From NCBI RefSeq assembly GCF_008831285.2, contig NC_045138.2, positions 12,648,001 through 12,712,000 on the forward strand: a DNA stretch of 64,000 bases, written 5' to 3'. This DNA is from Nymphaea colorata. Lineage: Eukaryota. The translations under genes and the position numbers were made by a program. The first letter of the stretch is position 1; the number at the start of each line of letters is the position of its first letter. Shown piece by piece: positions 1-13,973 of the stretch. Under the pieces are notes generated by a model. The model was not told the DNA's origin. It saw only the letters and a program-made list of their open reading frames with translations, and ran no database searches.

Positions 1-615
1 CATGGATTCTTTTTTAGGCAACTAAGGGTAAGGTTTTTTTACATCTTCTTAGTTACCTGTCAATATACCACAAACTACCACTCATGGTACATTTAGAGAG
101 ATGTTTGTAATCATTCATGAATTCCACAAGTGAATGTGAATGCATGAATGTGTTGTTTTTATATGATTGAAAGCAAATTATTCATTCTACCATATCATTC
201 ATCTAAGGATATCTCATATATCTAGATTTATTTGCACACTTGTCCTAAATATTCTCATGAATGGAAAAAAAAAAATTAAGTAAAATGGGTTGTATATCAT
301 CAAACATGATTTCAATATTGGGTCATTATTTGAGTTTTGATCTTAGTGAAGTTGATAAATGAAAATTAAAATCTTAGATCTTTGTAAAAGAAATATTGAG
401 AGAATGGAAGAAAGAAAGAAAAAAAAAGATGTTAAGCCAAGAGGAATAGGGAGAAAGAGAAAGAGATTTTGAAAAGGTTGAAAGAAAAATTTTAAAGAGA
501 GAGAGAGGGATATATATGTGTGTGTATATGTAGTTATATAAATATACGTATATAAAAATTTATAAAAGGAAGATCTTTAATCTAAGAGAAAGATAGGCAG
601 CAAAGAAGATTTAAG

Positions 616-681
<66 letters not shown>
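616..681. repeat. Compound (AT)n(GT)n microsatellite
   Basis: Run of AT dinucleotides directly followed by a run of TG dinucleotides. Confidence 0.95.
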
Positions 682-683
<2 letters not shown>

Positions 684-1249
684 ATGTATATCTACTTATA
701 TAAATATACATATATGAAAGTTTATAAAAAAAGGATATTAACTCAAAGAGAGGGAGAGAAGAGAAGATTATATATATATATATATATATAAGAAGGTACA
801 AACTCGGAGAGAGAGAGAGAAGAGATTCTAGAGAGAGAAAGTGGAATACACATATATACTTATTTATATATGTATATAAAAATCCATAAAGGAATACATT
901 AAATAATAGAGAGATGAGGATACAGAGAGACATTCATGTGCATGTATACATATATAACATCTATATACATATATGCATTTATGAAAATTAAAATCAAGAG
1001 GTAGCTTAGTGTATATCCAACTTGTATTTTTCTATGTACACCGGAGAGGAACTTGAGCTTATGCAAGAGTCTATGCTAAGTCTTCAAGGCCTCATTGAAG
1101 ATGGTTCTTATTTTGAAAACTCTTTTGAAAACATGTTTCTAAATATTTTCATATAAGCATAAAACAATAGATATTTTATCTATTATAAACAAATTTAGGA
1201 GGAGGAGGATGGGGGACAGGAAGAGGAGGAGGAGGAGGAGGAGGGGGAT

Positions 1250-1349
1250 GGGCCGGGCCGAGTACCCGCCGGGCCGCATCATTGGGCCCGGGCCAGATCG
1301 GGCCGGGTACCGGGTACCCGCCAGTGGCCCGGCCCGACGCCCAGGCTTA
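1250..1349 (-). mobile_element. Solo terminus of the hAT-type MITE family seen at 6332-7035
   Basis: The reverse complement TAAGCCTGGGCGTCGGGCCGGGCC...GGGTACCCGGTACCCGGCCCG closely matches the left end of the 6332 element (TAAGCCTGGGCACCGGGCTGGGCC...GGGTACCCGGTACCCGGCCCG). No partner TIR was seen. Confidence 0.75.
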
Positions 1350-1599
1350 TTTAGAACTGAGCTTGGGGTCCAAAATTAAATCCAAATCATTGTAAAAATG
1401 GTTGAAATAACTGAGAATCTTGTTTAAGTAAAATGGAATACAGTCTTTAAAAATTTGGGGTGATAACAACCCAATATTTTGAAAATATACTTGCTGCTTT
1501 CAATACATCAAGGTGATCCCCACCATGCTGCCATGGGTCCCTATGTTACTTTACAGGGAAACACCATGTTAAATGCTACTATCTTTGCAGATGAAATCG

Positions 1600-2880
1600 A
1601 GATGAAATCAGATAAGGATGCTGCACCGGGGCTGGATGGACTCAATAACAAATTTTATCAGGATTTTTGGTATGCAATGAAGGATGATGTTTTCGTTGCT
1701 ATCAAGATTTTTTTTTCCACCGAACAGATTGTCAAAAGTATTAACAACACTGACATTGTTCTTATTCTCAAAGTGCAAGGGGCTGTCAAAATTGAGAAAT
1801 TCCGACCTATCTGCTTGTGCAATAGCATCCTACATTCATTACTCGTGTTATGGTGGTTAGGATGCAACCATATTGAATAGAAGATTGTCAAAAAATTAGA
1901 ATGCTTTCATAAGGGGGATATGCATACAAGACAGTATTCTTCTTAGATTGTCAAAAAATTAGAATGCTTTCATAAGGGGGATATGCATACAAGACAGTAT
2001 TCTTCTTAGCCAAGAAGTGATTCACACCTTGTCTCGGAAGAAAGTAAAATATGCTGGTATTAAGATCGACCTCAGCAATATATTGAGTTGACTGGAAATT
2101 CCTAGACGATGCTTTGAGACACCTCCATTTCAATGAGGCGTGGATAAAATCTACAGCAAACATGTCCCTTCTCATTAATGGTAAAGAAGGAGTTTGGATT
2201 CAAGTGGGCAAAGGGTTTAGACAGGGCGACCCTTTATCACCCTACATATTCATATTAATTCTTGAAGTTATCTCTAGAAGCCTAATGGTCAAATAGGCAA
2301 ATGGTCTCCTGGCCACTAAGAGGTTTGGATGTCACACGGCGCCTCTCTTCGCTACCTTCTATGCCAACGATATTCTTTTCATGTTAGAAGGAAGAAATTG
2401 TTTTCGTAATTTTTAAAAATACTTCATGGAATTTGCAGCAGGTTCGGTATGCAGGTGAATGATGAAAAAAGTCAAGTTTTTTTTTTTTAGTATGTTGGAA
2501 AATGAAATGGCTGCCATTGAGAGAGAGCTAGGGTGGAAAAGGGGTACACTGCCCACTGAGTACCTTGGTGTCCCTCTCCAAAAGAGAGATTTGTTGGAGT
2601 CCCAATAAACTTATTCTTAGAGCTGAGCTGAAGTTGGCGGGTTGGAAAGAGAGAGTCCTCTCTTATGCATCAAGGATTTGCTTGATTAGATATGTCTTGT
2701 CAATGATTCCAAGCTATCGGAGCCTTTGCCGCTTCTGCCGAAGATCTGCAAGCAGGTAGAATGGACAGGAGCTAATTTTGTGGGATGGAGCCAATGAAGG
2801 GCACAACAGTCTCCTTCTTAGTTGGAACCAATTCTGCAGGCCGATTGGTGAGGGTGGTTTGGGGTTCAGACACCTAAGTC
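1600..2880 (+). mobile_element. Degenerate L1-type LINE reverse transcriptase fragment
   Basis: Plant LINE ORF2 motifs occur in order across broken frames: APGLDG..KFYQDFW, KFRPICLCN, LKIDL, GFRQGDPLSPYIF, YANDILF (YADD variant), YLGVPL, W..CRPIGEGGLGFR. Several stops and frameshifts. Confidence 0.9.
1884..2009. repeat. Perfect 63-bp tandem duplication inside the LINE relic
   Basis: ATTGTCAAAAAATTAGAATGC...TATTCTTCTTAG occurs at 1884-1946 and again at 1947-2009. Confidence 0.95.
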
Positions 2881-3123
2881 AACAGAGTCCTGACACAGTG
2901 TGGGATTTAGCATCTAATTTTGATGAGCAATTCGATGTAAGCAAAATTCTTTCTGCTACAGGATGGCCAGCATCGGAGGCCTATCAACTCTTGTTATGCA
3001 GCCCTATTCAGGAGGGAAAGAGGGAAAATTCACCACACTTTTGCCACTGGCTGCTGCCAAAGAAAGGCCATCTTTGCCACTGCTCGCTGTCATCTCTTCC
3101 TCTCTCTCTCTCTCTGCCTAGAG

Positions 3124-3742
<619 letters not shown>

Positions 3743-6331
3743 AGTCATGAACTTGGTATAAACAGTTTTGTGTACTTCCTACTAACAAACTAGTTGGTTT
3801 GGACTGTTATATTGATACTAAAGGCTGCTATTAGCTATGTAATTATTGGATATATACATTCTTAAAGTTTGAGAATGTTTGTGACAGTATTAAGTGTTGA
3901 AATTGGCTGATTTTTGTCTTCTTAAGTATTCGTTTGTAGGGGCAATTTGTTCTTACAAAAAAGATTGATTGCAGAAAATGGAAAAAAGAAAAAAAATAGA
4001 AAAAGAAGAATCAAGAGAGTGTGAAATCAAAATAATACACTGTAATTACTTCATATGATAAGGTAGTATTATTTTTATCTGGAGAAAATGGTTGTCTTAT
4101 AGTTGAGAATGATGATTCTACATGGATATTAGATATTAGGGCATCTTATCATGCTACACCATGTAGAGATTTGTTCTCATCCTATAGAGCATGTGGTCTT
4201 GGAGTAGTTCAAATGGGCAACAATGACACTTCGAAGATTATTGGGGTAGGAGATGTTTACATTGAGACGAGCACAAGATATAAATTGACTTTGAAAGATG
4301 TAAGACATGTTCCAAATCTTAGAATGAATCTAATTTCTATAAGAAAACTAAGTGAAAATGAATATTATATTTTTTTTAGTCAGGCTGGTTGAATTGACAA
4401 CGGGGCCATTAGTGTTGGCTAGAGGTAGCAGATTTGGCTCTTTGTATAGTATAAAGTATCAAATCAGTAGTATTGAAGTAAATGCAGTTATCGATAGTAC
4501 TTTGTCAGATTTGTGGCATAGGAGGTTAGGTCACATGAGTCAAGGAGGAATCGATTTACTTGCCAAGAAGAATTTGTTACCAAAGACAGATAGTATACAG
4601 TTATTTCCTTGGAATCATGCTTGGTTGGTAAGTTGCATAAAATCCTTTCTTAAAAAAAGTGCTCTTCAAAAGATAAAGATATATTGGATTTAGTTTATTC
4701 AAATGTGTGTGGATATATAAATGTGATATCTAAACATAGAACATCTTATTTTATCACATTTATTGATTGATGCATCTAAGAAAGTGTGGGCCTTTATAAT
4801 GAAAAATAAAATTGAAGTAAGTAATATCTTTATAACTTTTCATGCAATGGTTGAGCATCAGACACGCAAGAAGATGAAGAGACTGTGTACAGATAATAGT
4901 GGTAAGTACATAGCTTCTTCTCTACAAAAATATTGTTTTAAGCATGGTATTAGACATGAAAAGACAGTTCCCTATACTCCACAACAGTATAAAATTGCAG
5001 AAAAAATGAACAAAACTATAGTTAAGAGAATCAAAAGTTTGCTATCTAACTCTAAGTTGCCTAAGTACTTTTGGAGAGATAATGCAAACTGCAATTTATT
5101 TGATAAGCAGATCTCCTTCGGTGCCTCTAAATGTAGATATTTCACAAATAGTTTGATCAAATAAAGAGGTAAAGTATGACTACCTCAGAGTCTTTGGTTG
5201 CAAAGCTTTTATACATGTACCTAAAAGACATCGAATCAAACTAGATGATAAAGCTATTCCTTTAATATTTCTTGGTTATGCAGATGATGAATTTGGTTAT
5301 AGGTTATGAGATCCAAAATATGATAAAATCTACAAGAATCATGATGTTGTTTTCAGAAAAGATCAAACGATTGAATATGTCATAGCAGACAAACAGTCAA
5401 TGTGAATGCTAGTGGTATTTATGAGCCAACCTGTGCAGAGCCTGAAAAACTTTTATTTGACTATAGTGAGACTGATGAAAATATAGACGAAAAGGAAATA
5501 GAAGCAGAGGAGTAGTATATAGATGACAACCCTATGGAGACTCAAATTAATTATGAGCATGAGTTGGATGGGGAACTTCCTCTTGATTTAGAACCAATTG
5601 AAGAGCAATTTGAAAGAGGTAAAATAACATATATTCGATCTACTAAATATTATACTAATGAATATATTATGTTTACAGATAGTAGAAAGTCAAAATTCTA
5701 TGCAGAGGTACTAAATGATATGTATAAAGATGAATGAAGTCAAGCTATGTGGGAAGAGAATTCTCTATATAAGAATCACACTTTTGATTTGGTAGAACTA
5801 CCAAAAGGTAAGAAAGTGTTGCAAAACAAGTGGATATACAAGCTTAAAACTGAAAGTCAAGACAAGTTGAGATACAAAGTCGGGTTAGTGGTGAAAGGTT
5901 TCAAACAAGAAAGAGGTATTGATTTTGATGAAATTTTTTCTCTTGTACTTTAAATGTCATCTATCAAGGTAATTCTTGGTTTGATGGAAAATATAAACTT
6001 GAAGTTGAAGTAGTTAGATGTAATAATTGCTTTTTTTTATGGAGATCTAGAGGAAGAAATCTACATGACACAACTAGAAGGTTTTGTAGTTTCTAGGAAT
6101 AAGCACTTGGTTTACAAGCCAAGCAAGAACTTGTATGGATTCAAACAAGCACCTAGGTAGTGGTACAAGAAATTTGATGTTTTTATGATAAATCAAAAGT
6201 ATCATAGGTCAGTCATAAATCATTGTGTCTACATCTGAGAGTTTTCATCAGGTAACTTCATTATTTTGTTGTTATATGTAAATAACATGCTTATTGTTGG
6301 ACATGACTGTCGATTGATTAGCCAATTAAAG

Positions 6332-7035
6332 TAAGCCTGGGCACCGGGCTGGGCCGCCGCCGGGTACCCGGTACCCGGCCCGCCATGGGTTCGGAACCGG
6401 GCCTTGACAAAAAGGTTTTCGGGCCAAATTTATCGGGCTCGGCCTAGCCCGGGCCTGCCACTGTGATCGGTGGCGGCCCGATAAGCCCGACATGGGTTTT
6501 TTTTTCTTTAAAAAAAAATAAACTTAGAGAATTAGGAACTTAGGGTTATGGGTTAGGTTTTCTTTTCCTCTTTTCGTTTCATTAAGAAATTTCATCGCCG
6601 CGAGCTCGAGACTACCTCCTCCAGTCTTCCTCATCGGCCGTCGCCCCTTGGCTGCCTCCTCCGGTCTTCCTGTCGGTTGCTGCCATCGCACAACTGCTCT
6701 ACTTGCTTCATCGTCGATCGCATCGAGTGCTTCTCCTCCAGAGGACTACTTTCTACTGGTTGGTGTTGTTCTTGTTTTTGTTATTCTATTAAGTGCACAT
6801 GGTTTACGTTCGTGCTCATTTTTTGAGTGAGCTAGAGGCTAGCAAATAGCAACCCGGCCCAGCCCGCCCGACCCGTTAATAATCGGGTCGGGCCGGGCCT
6901 CGGGCATAAACCGAAGCCCGAGGCCCAATATTACATGGGCTCGGCCCGGCCCGTTTAGAAATGGGGCCCGTTTTGAATGCTGGGCTTTGATTTTTTCATT
7001 TTTAACGGGCCGGCCTGGCCCGATGCCCAGCCTTA
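6332..7035. mobile_element. Non-autonomous hAT-type element (MITE, 704 bp) inserted in the copia RT
   Basis: TIRs TAAGCCTGGGCA / TGCCCAGCCTTA (1 mismatch). Perfect 8-bp TSD AATTAAAG at 6324-6331 and 7036-7043. GC-rich GGCCCG/CGGGCC subterminal repeats. Removing it restores the RT reading ISQLK-KNMSKFFDMK. Confidence 0.93.
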
Positions 7036-7603
7036 AATTAAAGAAGAACATGAGCAAGTTCTTTGATATGAAATACTTGAGGCCAGTACAAAAATTGTTA
7101 GGCATAAGAATTGTTCATGATAGAAAGGCTAAGAAGTAGTTGTCACAAGAGAAATACTTTGAGAAGGTGCTTAGTAAGTTCAGTATGCAAGATGCCAAAA
7201 CAGTAAGTACTCCTCTAGTAGCACATTTTAAATTGGAAAATGAGCAATGTCCATCCTCAGAAGATGAGAAAGAAAGTGTAGAGAATATACCACGTATCTG
7301 TGCATTAGGGAGTCTCATATATGCTATGGTTTGCACACACCCAGACTTGGCTTATGTAGTTGGTGTAGTGACTAGGTTCTTGTCAAATCCAAGCAATGAT
7401 CTTTGGGCAGCAGTGAAATGAATTCTAAGGTATCTTAAAAATACTTTCAATTATTGTTTATGCTTTAGTGGATCTAACCTAGAGATACAAGGATTTGTTG
7501 ATGGAAACATGACAAGTGACTTGAACTCTAGGAAATCTCTTTCTGGTTATGTCTTTACTTTTGTAGGGAGAACTGTATCATAGAAATCTAGGTTGCATAA
7601 GTG

Positions 7604-8145
7604 GACTCATTTGTATGTCATCAATACTCACCATACCAAAAAGGTCAGGACTTTGGTTTTTTGATAGGGCTGCTCGATGCCTTCCAAAGGGCTAACAGCG
7701 CTTGCCCCCCCCCATCGTTTCGTATGGGGTGGGGTGTTGCTTGTGGTAAGCTGTACAGACAGACTTTTTGGGTGCTAAGATCGAATCAAGTTCTCGTACT
7801 CCCTGGGTTTGAAGGGGTGAACGGTTCTCGAGGATTTGCCACCTCAAGGATGGATATGTTTTGAGTAGTAACGACTTGTCACGATCCATTGGTTCATATA
7901 GAATCCAGTGCTCGTGACGTACAAAGCGCACTCGCAAAGCATGTGAGCTGATTCAGACTCACTCTGATTGACGATTAGTGCTGACCATCCAACAAATTGT
8001 AGCATACGGCTAATGCTCTCAGGTTGATGCAAGATTCAAAAACTTGGGATCAGCAGAATTCTCAAACTACGGAACTCTGGAGAGGTTCTTGGAGGATTCT
8101 TCCTCCCGCGCCCGCCGTCGCCCGGGCCATTTTAGAGGGGATTTC
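7604..8145. other. ~540-bp foreign insertion in the copia RNase H region
   Basis: The copia motif S*KSRLHK(CVA)LSTT..YIA is split: 'AAGTG' ends at 7603 and 'CTTTCCACTACT' resumes at ~8146. The intervening sequence is GC-richer and not copia-like. Confidence 0.75.
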
Positions 8146-8520
8146 CTTTCCACTACTAGAATATATTGCAGTAGTTGAAGCTTGTAAAGAGTTATTGTTG
8201 ATAAAGAGTTTTCTTCATGATATAGGTATTAGTGAGAAGACCTATCCGTTGCATTGTGATAGCCAGAGTGTTATACATTTGGTGAAGAATTCAGCTTTCC
8301 ACTCAAGAACCAGACACATTGATGATAGATATCATTTGATTTGCAATGTGCTTGAACAAAAACTAACAGGTTAGAGAAGATACATACAAAGAAGAATCAT
8401 GTAGATATTATAACGAAGTATCTATCTAAGGAGAAGCATGACAAGTACTGCCTTAAGGCAGTGCATTAAGTTTGTTCATTTTGCAAGTATGATCCTTCTC
8501 TTGAGGCTAGAGGGAGAGTT

Positions 8521-9100
<580 letters not shown>

Positions 9101-12100
9101 TTTATAAAAATATTTTTATAATTCACAAATTTGACCATGAAGCTTGTGCTTCAACCAATGCCTCGCTTCGCCTTACCACACAAGAGGCTCAATGCTTTCA
9201 CCTCTTACAACATTGGTGAGAGACACAACTCTTGGATCCCTCTGCTCATCCCCCAACTTGAACAACTTCTTAGGTGGGAACCCAAAGCACCTCCCAACTC
9301 CATCTGCCCTTCATCTCCCCCATTAACCCTAGATCTCCACGATCACACAGTCATAGAGAGGAGAGAGAGAAAATCATCATTTGATGCTGTCAAGTCAGCT
9401 CTATTATTCCTATGGTCTTTGCCTTTCAGAAGTAGTTATTGGTTGTATGGCTTCTAAATTAGGGCATTCTTCCAAATTGCGGGCTTGTTTGGATTTCCAT
9501 GCGATGCTAAATGCTGACAAAGATGCATCCAAAGGCCAAGTCAGTATTTATTTTGGGACTATTCACACACACACACACACACACACATTTTTAGACACAA
9601 TATGATAAAAAAGTTTAAATATATTCTCAAAATACCTAATGAAACATTACATATTCATGATTTATCTTATATGCTGACAATACATTCTAACACATCAAAA
9701 CACATTAATCCCTGCCCTAAACAATCTCTTCTAGAACATGTAAATAACAAAAAATGTTACTTAATTAGAACAAACAGTTTCTTATCATTTTCATTCAAAA
9801 AAAAGTTACATATCTTCAATCTTTATGTAATACACCTACACATTAACAAACTTCAACAAAGATGCCCAACACTGTCAACTTAGAAGAGAGGTAGAGAAAT
9901 GTAACCAATCGTAAGCCCAAAACTCTAATTTTCCTTCAGAAAAAGGGAACAATCAAACCAAATATAATCTATGAAGAAACCAGTCAAGAGAAGCAAATGC
10001 AATTGAATAAGACCGGAAACTGAAACCAATTAGTCAAGCTTATTACCATAGCACTGTAATAGATCATGAATGAATTTTTGCAATTTACAAGCAAAAACTA
10101 CATATATGAACAACAAATGCAATCAAAGAAAACCTGCAAATTAAAACCAAAAGGGGCGCCAAACAAATAAAGCCCTCAAGTTGAACAAAAGGGCAGCAAC
10201 CAGATAGGTCAAATAAATGCTCAACTGAAAAATAAGAATTTGCTATTCATAGGAACTGTAAAGCAATCTCCTTCCTTTTTTTTATGTACACATTTCTTGT
10301 GAAGTGCTAGTATATTTTGAATGAAATTCTAAACAAATTCAACAATATATAAACAATTTAATATTCAATTTTCTTTTCAGTAATGAGAGATTTTTATTTT
10401 GACAATAAAACCTGACTCACTCTTTTGAGACTATTTTACATATATGAAAATGACAGCATACTTGGTACATATTAAACACCAAAATACCCAATGACCCCAA
10501 TGAATATGCTGTGCAGCAATGACTAATAAAAACCCCAATTATTTATTAGAATTGTGTGGATAGAGTCGCACAATGCCAAAATATCAAATGGAAGCAATAA
10601 GCATGCATATTAAACCCCCAGTCAAATCTTCAATGTGGCAATAGCTAATCGAAAACCCAAGTCAGGGCAAACAAAAAAAAACTGCAATTAGAAGGGGCAA
10701 ATTTAACACACAAAAGGTGAATCAAACAAAGAAGGAAAGGGACTAAGAGAGAGAAACTTACAGTCTGGTGTGGCCTGCAAGACAATGGCTAATGTCTGCT
10801 AGTTTTGAGAAATCAATGACAACTGACAACTATTAGCCGATTACTAACCAACCTATGGCAAACCAAGGCGAACTGTGTTTCGAATGGATGAAAAAATGTT
10901 AAAGAAGAAGAAGAGACTCAGGCGGTCGGCAGTTCGATGTCTTCCAGTGCTCTGCCAGTCGTCTAGAAGAAGAGACAGTCAAGCCGGCAACCCTCAAAGA
11001 AATGAAGCAGGTACATGAGTGAGATATGAAGGGAAGGGCGATAGAAAGTTCCTCATTAGAGAAAAAGTAAATCTCATGTGAGCTATGAAAGAAATTAAGG
11101 AAAAAGTAAAGGTCCTTAATAGTGAACATAGTGCACTATCCACTAACAAAAAAAAAGAATGTTCACCAGATCTCTTCATCATTGAATTAGATGAAAATAC
11201 AAAAGACAAAGGCCAGGAGAACTCTTATGTGGCCTTCTGACAATATAACTACCAGTCATAACATTGAGTTCATGCACCGACTACATATCAGGGCACAAGA
11301 AACCTTAGTTTCAACATTTCTAACAGCTACCTAATGGAAACCACAATCAAAGAAGATGAGGAGGAAATAAATTTTGCTCAAATCGAGGACTGCCAATTGC
11401 AGACCATGTCCCTGCATCGATACCATTCTATATCCCCATATGTTAGTTGGTTGGACCTTGTTACCAAATGTGGCCATGAACAAGACCATAGGATGCCTTA
11501 GAAAGCTGAATTAACAGTCTCATTTTTATAGTAGTGAAATTTTCAATAAGGTGAAACTTTTGTGGTACAACACTAGAGGTGTGGAAGAAATTTTAACAAA
11601 AGAAGGCTCTTATAAATACTCCAATTGAAATACATAAAAAAGCCCAAAAAAGATACAAACTTAAAAAGAAAATGACATGCAAAAATAGCTCATTGTTCTT
11701 ATCGATTTATTGAACTAAATAAGCACCACTTCAGGTCTTCAATTAGGCTGTAAAGAGTAAGGCTTCACACATAAAGAAAAGAAGACCACGTTCTTCAGAC
11801 GTGTGTGTGTGTGAGAGAGAGAGAGAGATACAAACAATAATACATGATAGGAGAACTAGAAATCAAAATTTCATGAGAAAAAAACTGTCCAACATTAATG
11901 TGCCTAGTTTTACAAAATGCATACAAAAACAAAAAAAATTATGTAATATCTAGCTTTCACAAATTGAAATATTTATTGGATTGTCAATTTCTGCCCTTGT
12001 TCATTTAGTATCATCTCCACCTTTATATCTTTGTGTACTCAAATTTCATTCATATGTTCATGTCCATCAACATTGCATGCCAAAGTTTTCTAGAAATATC

Positions 12101-12116
12101 TGAGAGAAACAACAAT

Positions 12117-12685
12117 TACTACCCGAGAAAATATATGTCGGTGAAAGTTGAATTTTACCGGCGTTCCAAACCAAATGTAGGTAAGTATGAATTTCACTAA
12201 TGCCAACAGAGGACATCGGTTAAAAGGAGCCTTCATTGACATGTGGAGCTATTATGTTGTTGAAGTTGAACCTTTACCGACGTCTGGTGTCGAACATAGG
12301 GAAAAGTGAAAAAAACCATCCAGTTTTACCAATGCAAAATGGTTCTCGTGTGGATGAAACTTTTCAACATTGAAGATTACCAATGTCCAGCTGAGTGTGT
12401 CAGAAAAAAGTACATGTATCAATCTAATCTTTACCGACACGAGCATCACGTGTTGCAACAACACTACTTTGATCAACATCTTGACTCGAGACATCACTAA
12501 CACCTTATCAATGATGCGCCTCAAACGTCAGTCATGTTTACCACATTAATATTACCGACATTTTTAAGTGGTGTCTTTACTGATGTGTTGCATATGTCAG
12601 TAGAGGCTTTCCTAACCTATTATCTCTGCCTGAACCCTTCTTCTCCTTCTTTCTTCTTTTTAAGTGGTGTCTTTACTGGCGATTT
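12117..12685. mobile_element. Relic terminus of a CACTA (En/Spm) element with subterminal repeats
   Basis: TACTACCCGAGAAAA resembles a CACTAC..AGAAAA terminus. It is followed by repeated TTTACCGAC/GTCGGT-type motifs in both orientations (~12135, 12152, 12214, 12273, 12430, 12552). Confidence 0.55.
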
Positions 12686-13752
12686 TTTGGTAATTTTCCA
12701 ACAAGTTCTTCTTCTTCATCCTGTTTTTTGACTGCTTGAAGCTTAAAAAGGCTGGCTTCTCAATCTCCCCTCACATTTGTTCTAATTGTATATGATCTGA
12801 AGTTATAACATGCTTATAGGATATGTATCCAATTTCTTCCAGTGACATATTGTTGTTTTGTTGTAATATTAGGCCATAAAATTTTGTAAGAATATTTGTT
12901 GAGCTTAGTACCTTCAATTTAATATATTAATTACATAAAATCTCTACATAATCACAGAACCCTCAATTTTTCTCTAACTTAGATTTCGGCTCATTGTGGC
13001 CAGATTTCGGCGTCAAATTTAGACCATGTCTAACTCAATTACACATATACTTATTTGCAAAATATTAGTTCCGTTGGTTGTCATTTGAATGTTTTTTTTG
13101 ATGTTTGAATGTTTATGGTCCCTAACCTTTTTAGCCACTCACCAAGTGTTCGACAAATTGTTTAAACAAATGAAAAGTTACATTTTTTGTTGAACTGCTT
13201 GTTTTGTAGTGTCATTTATGAATTATGTATCATGTTACATCACCGTATGATGCAATAAATCTTTTGTTAATGATAAATGAGTTATTGATAAGATGATATT
13301 TATGTTGAATATATGTCAAAGAGCATCACTTTTTGACGTTGTTTGAAAGATGTGGGATTATCCAAATAAAATGTTTAAGTGCTTGTTTGAAAGATTGCAT
13401 GACGTGCTATGCAGCCATGAGTTGTACATAATCTTTCCAAGCTAATCTGTCATTGGAAGATTTAACATTAGACATAGCAAGTAGAGGATTTCATGTCAGT
13501 GTAAGAAATGAACATAATGATACTCTCCTTGAGTGACATTGATTCGTCTATACACTTGGATTGAAAATTAGCATTTTAGATCTCCCAAAAACTAGTTTGG
13601 AAGTCACCAATGACAATATCCAGATGTGGACTAATGATTGAAAAACTACAATTATGTTCAATATAAGTTAGAATTGTTTGAATTGATAGTAAGAATAGTC
13701 AGATCCAATATTGAAGAATAACATTTCAACTCAATTCTGGTAGACTTACTCG

Positions 13753-13973
13753 AAGTAGTTAGAAATGATGATCATACATGCAAAAATGAGGAATAAGGTA
13801 CTATATCCTAGAAATGGTTGCTCTAACACTAGAATTCAAGCTTGAAAGCTAGAATTTATGCTGAAAATAAGTAGTTAGAAATGATGATCATACATGCAAA
13901 AATGAGGAATATGGTACTATATCCTAGAAATGGTTGCTCTAACAATAAAATTCAAGCTTAAAAGCTAGAATTT
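13753..13973. repeat. Tandem duplication, period 116 bp
   Basis: AAGTAGTTAGAAATGATGATCATACATGC...AAAGCTAGAATTT occurs at 13753 and 13869 with a few substitutions. Confidence 0.92.

Noticed and set aside
577..933. 118-aa ORF and similar IYIYIY/THTHTH ORFs (8826, 32571, 35713, 47319)
   Set aside because: Translations of microsatellites, not proteins.
10750..10785. 13-nt microexon-like AG|GCCACACCAGACT|GTAAG on the minus strand
   Set aside because: No identifiable gene or neighbouring coding exons.
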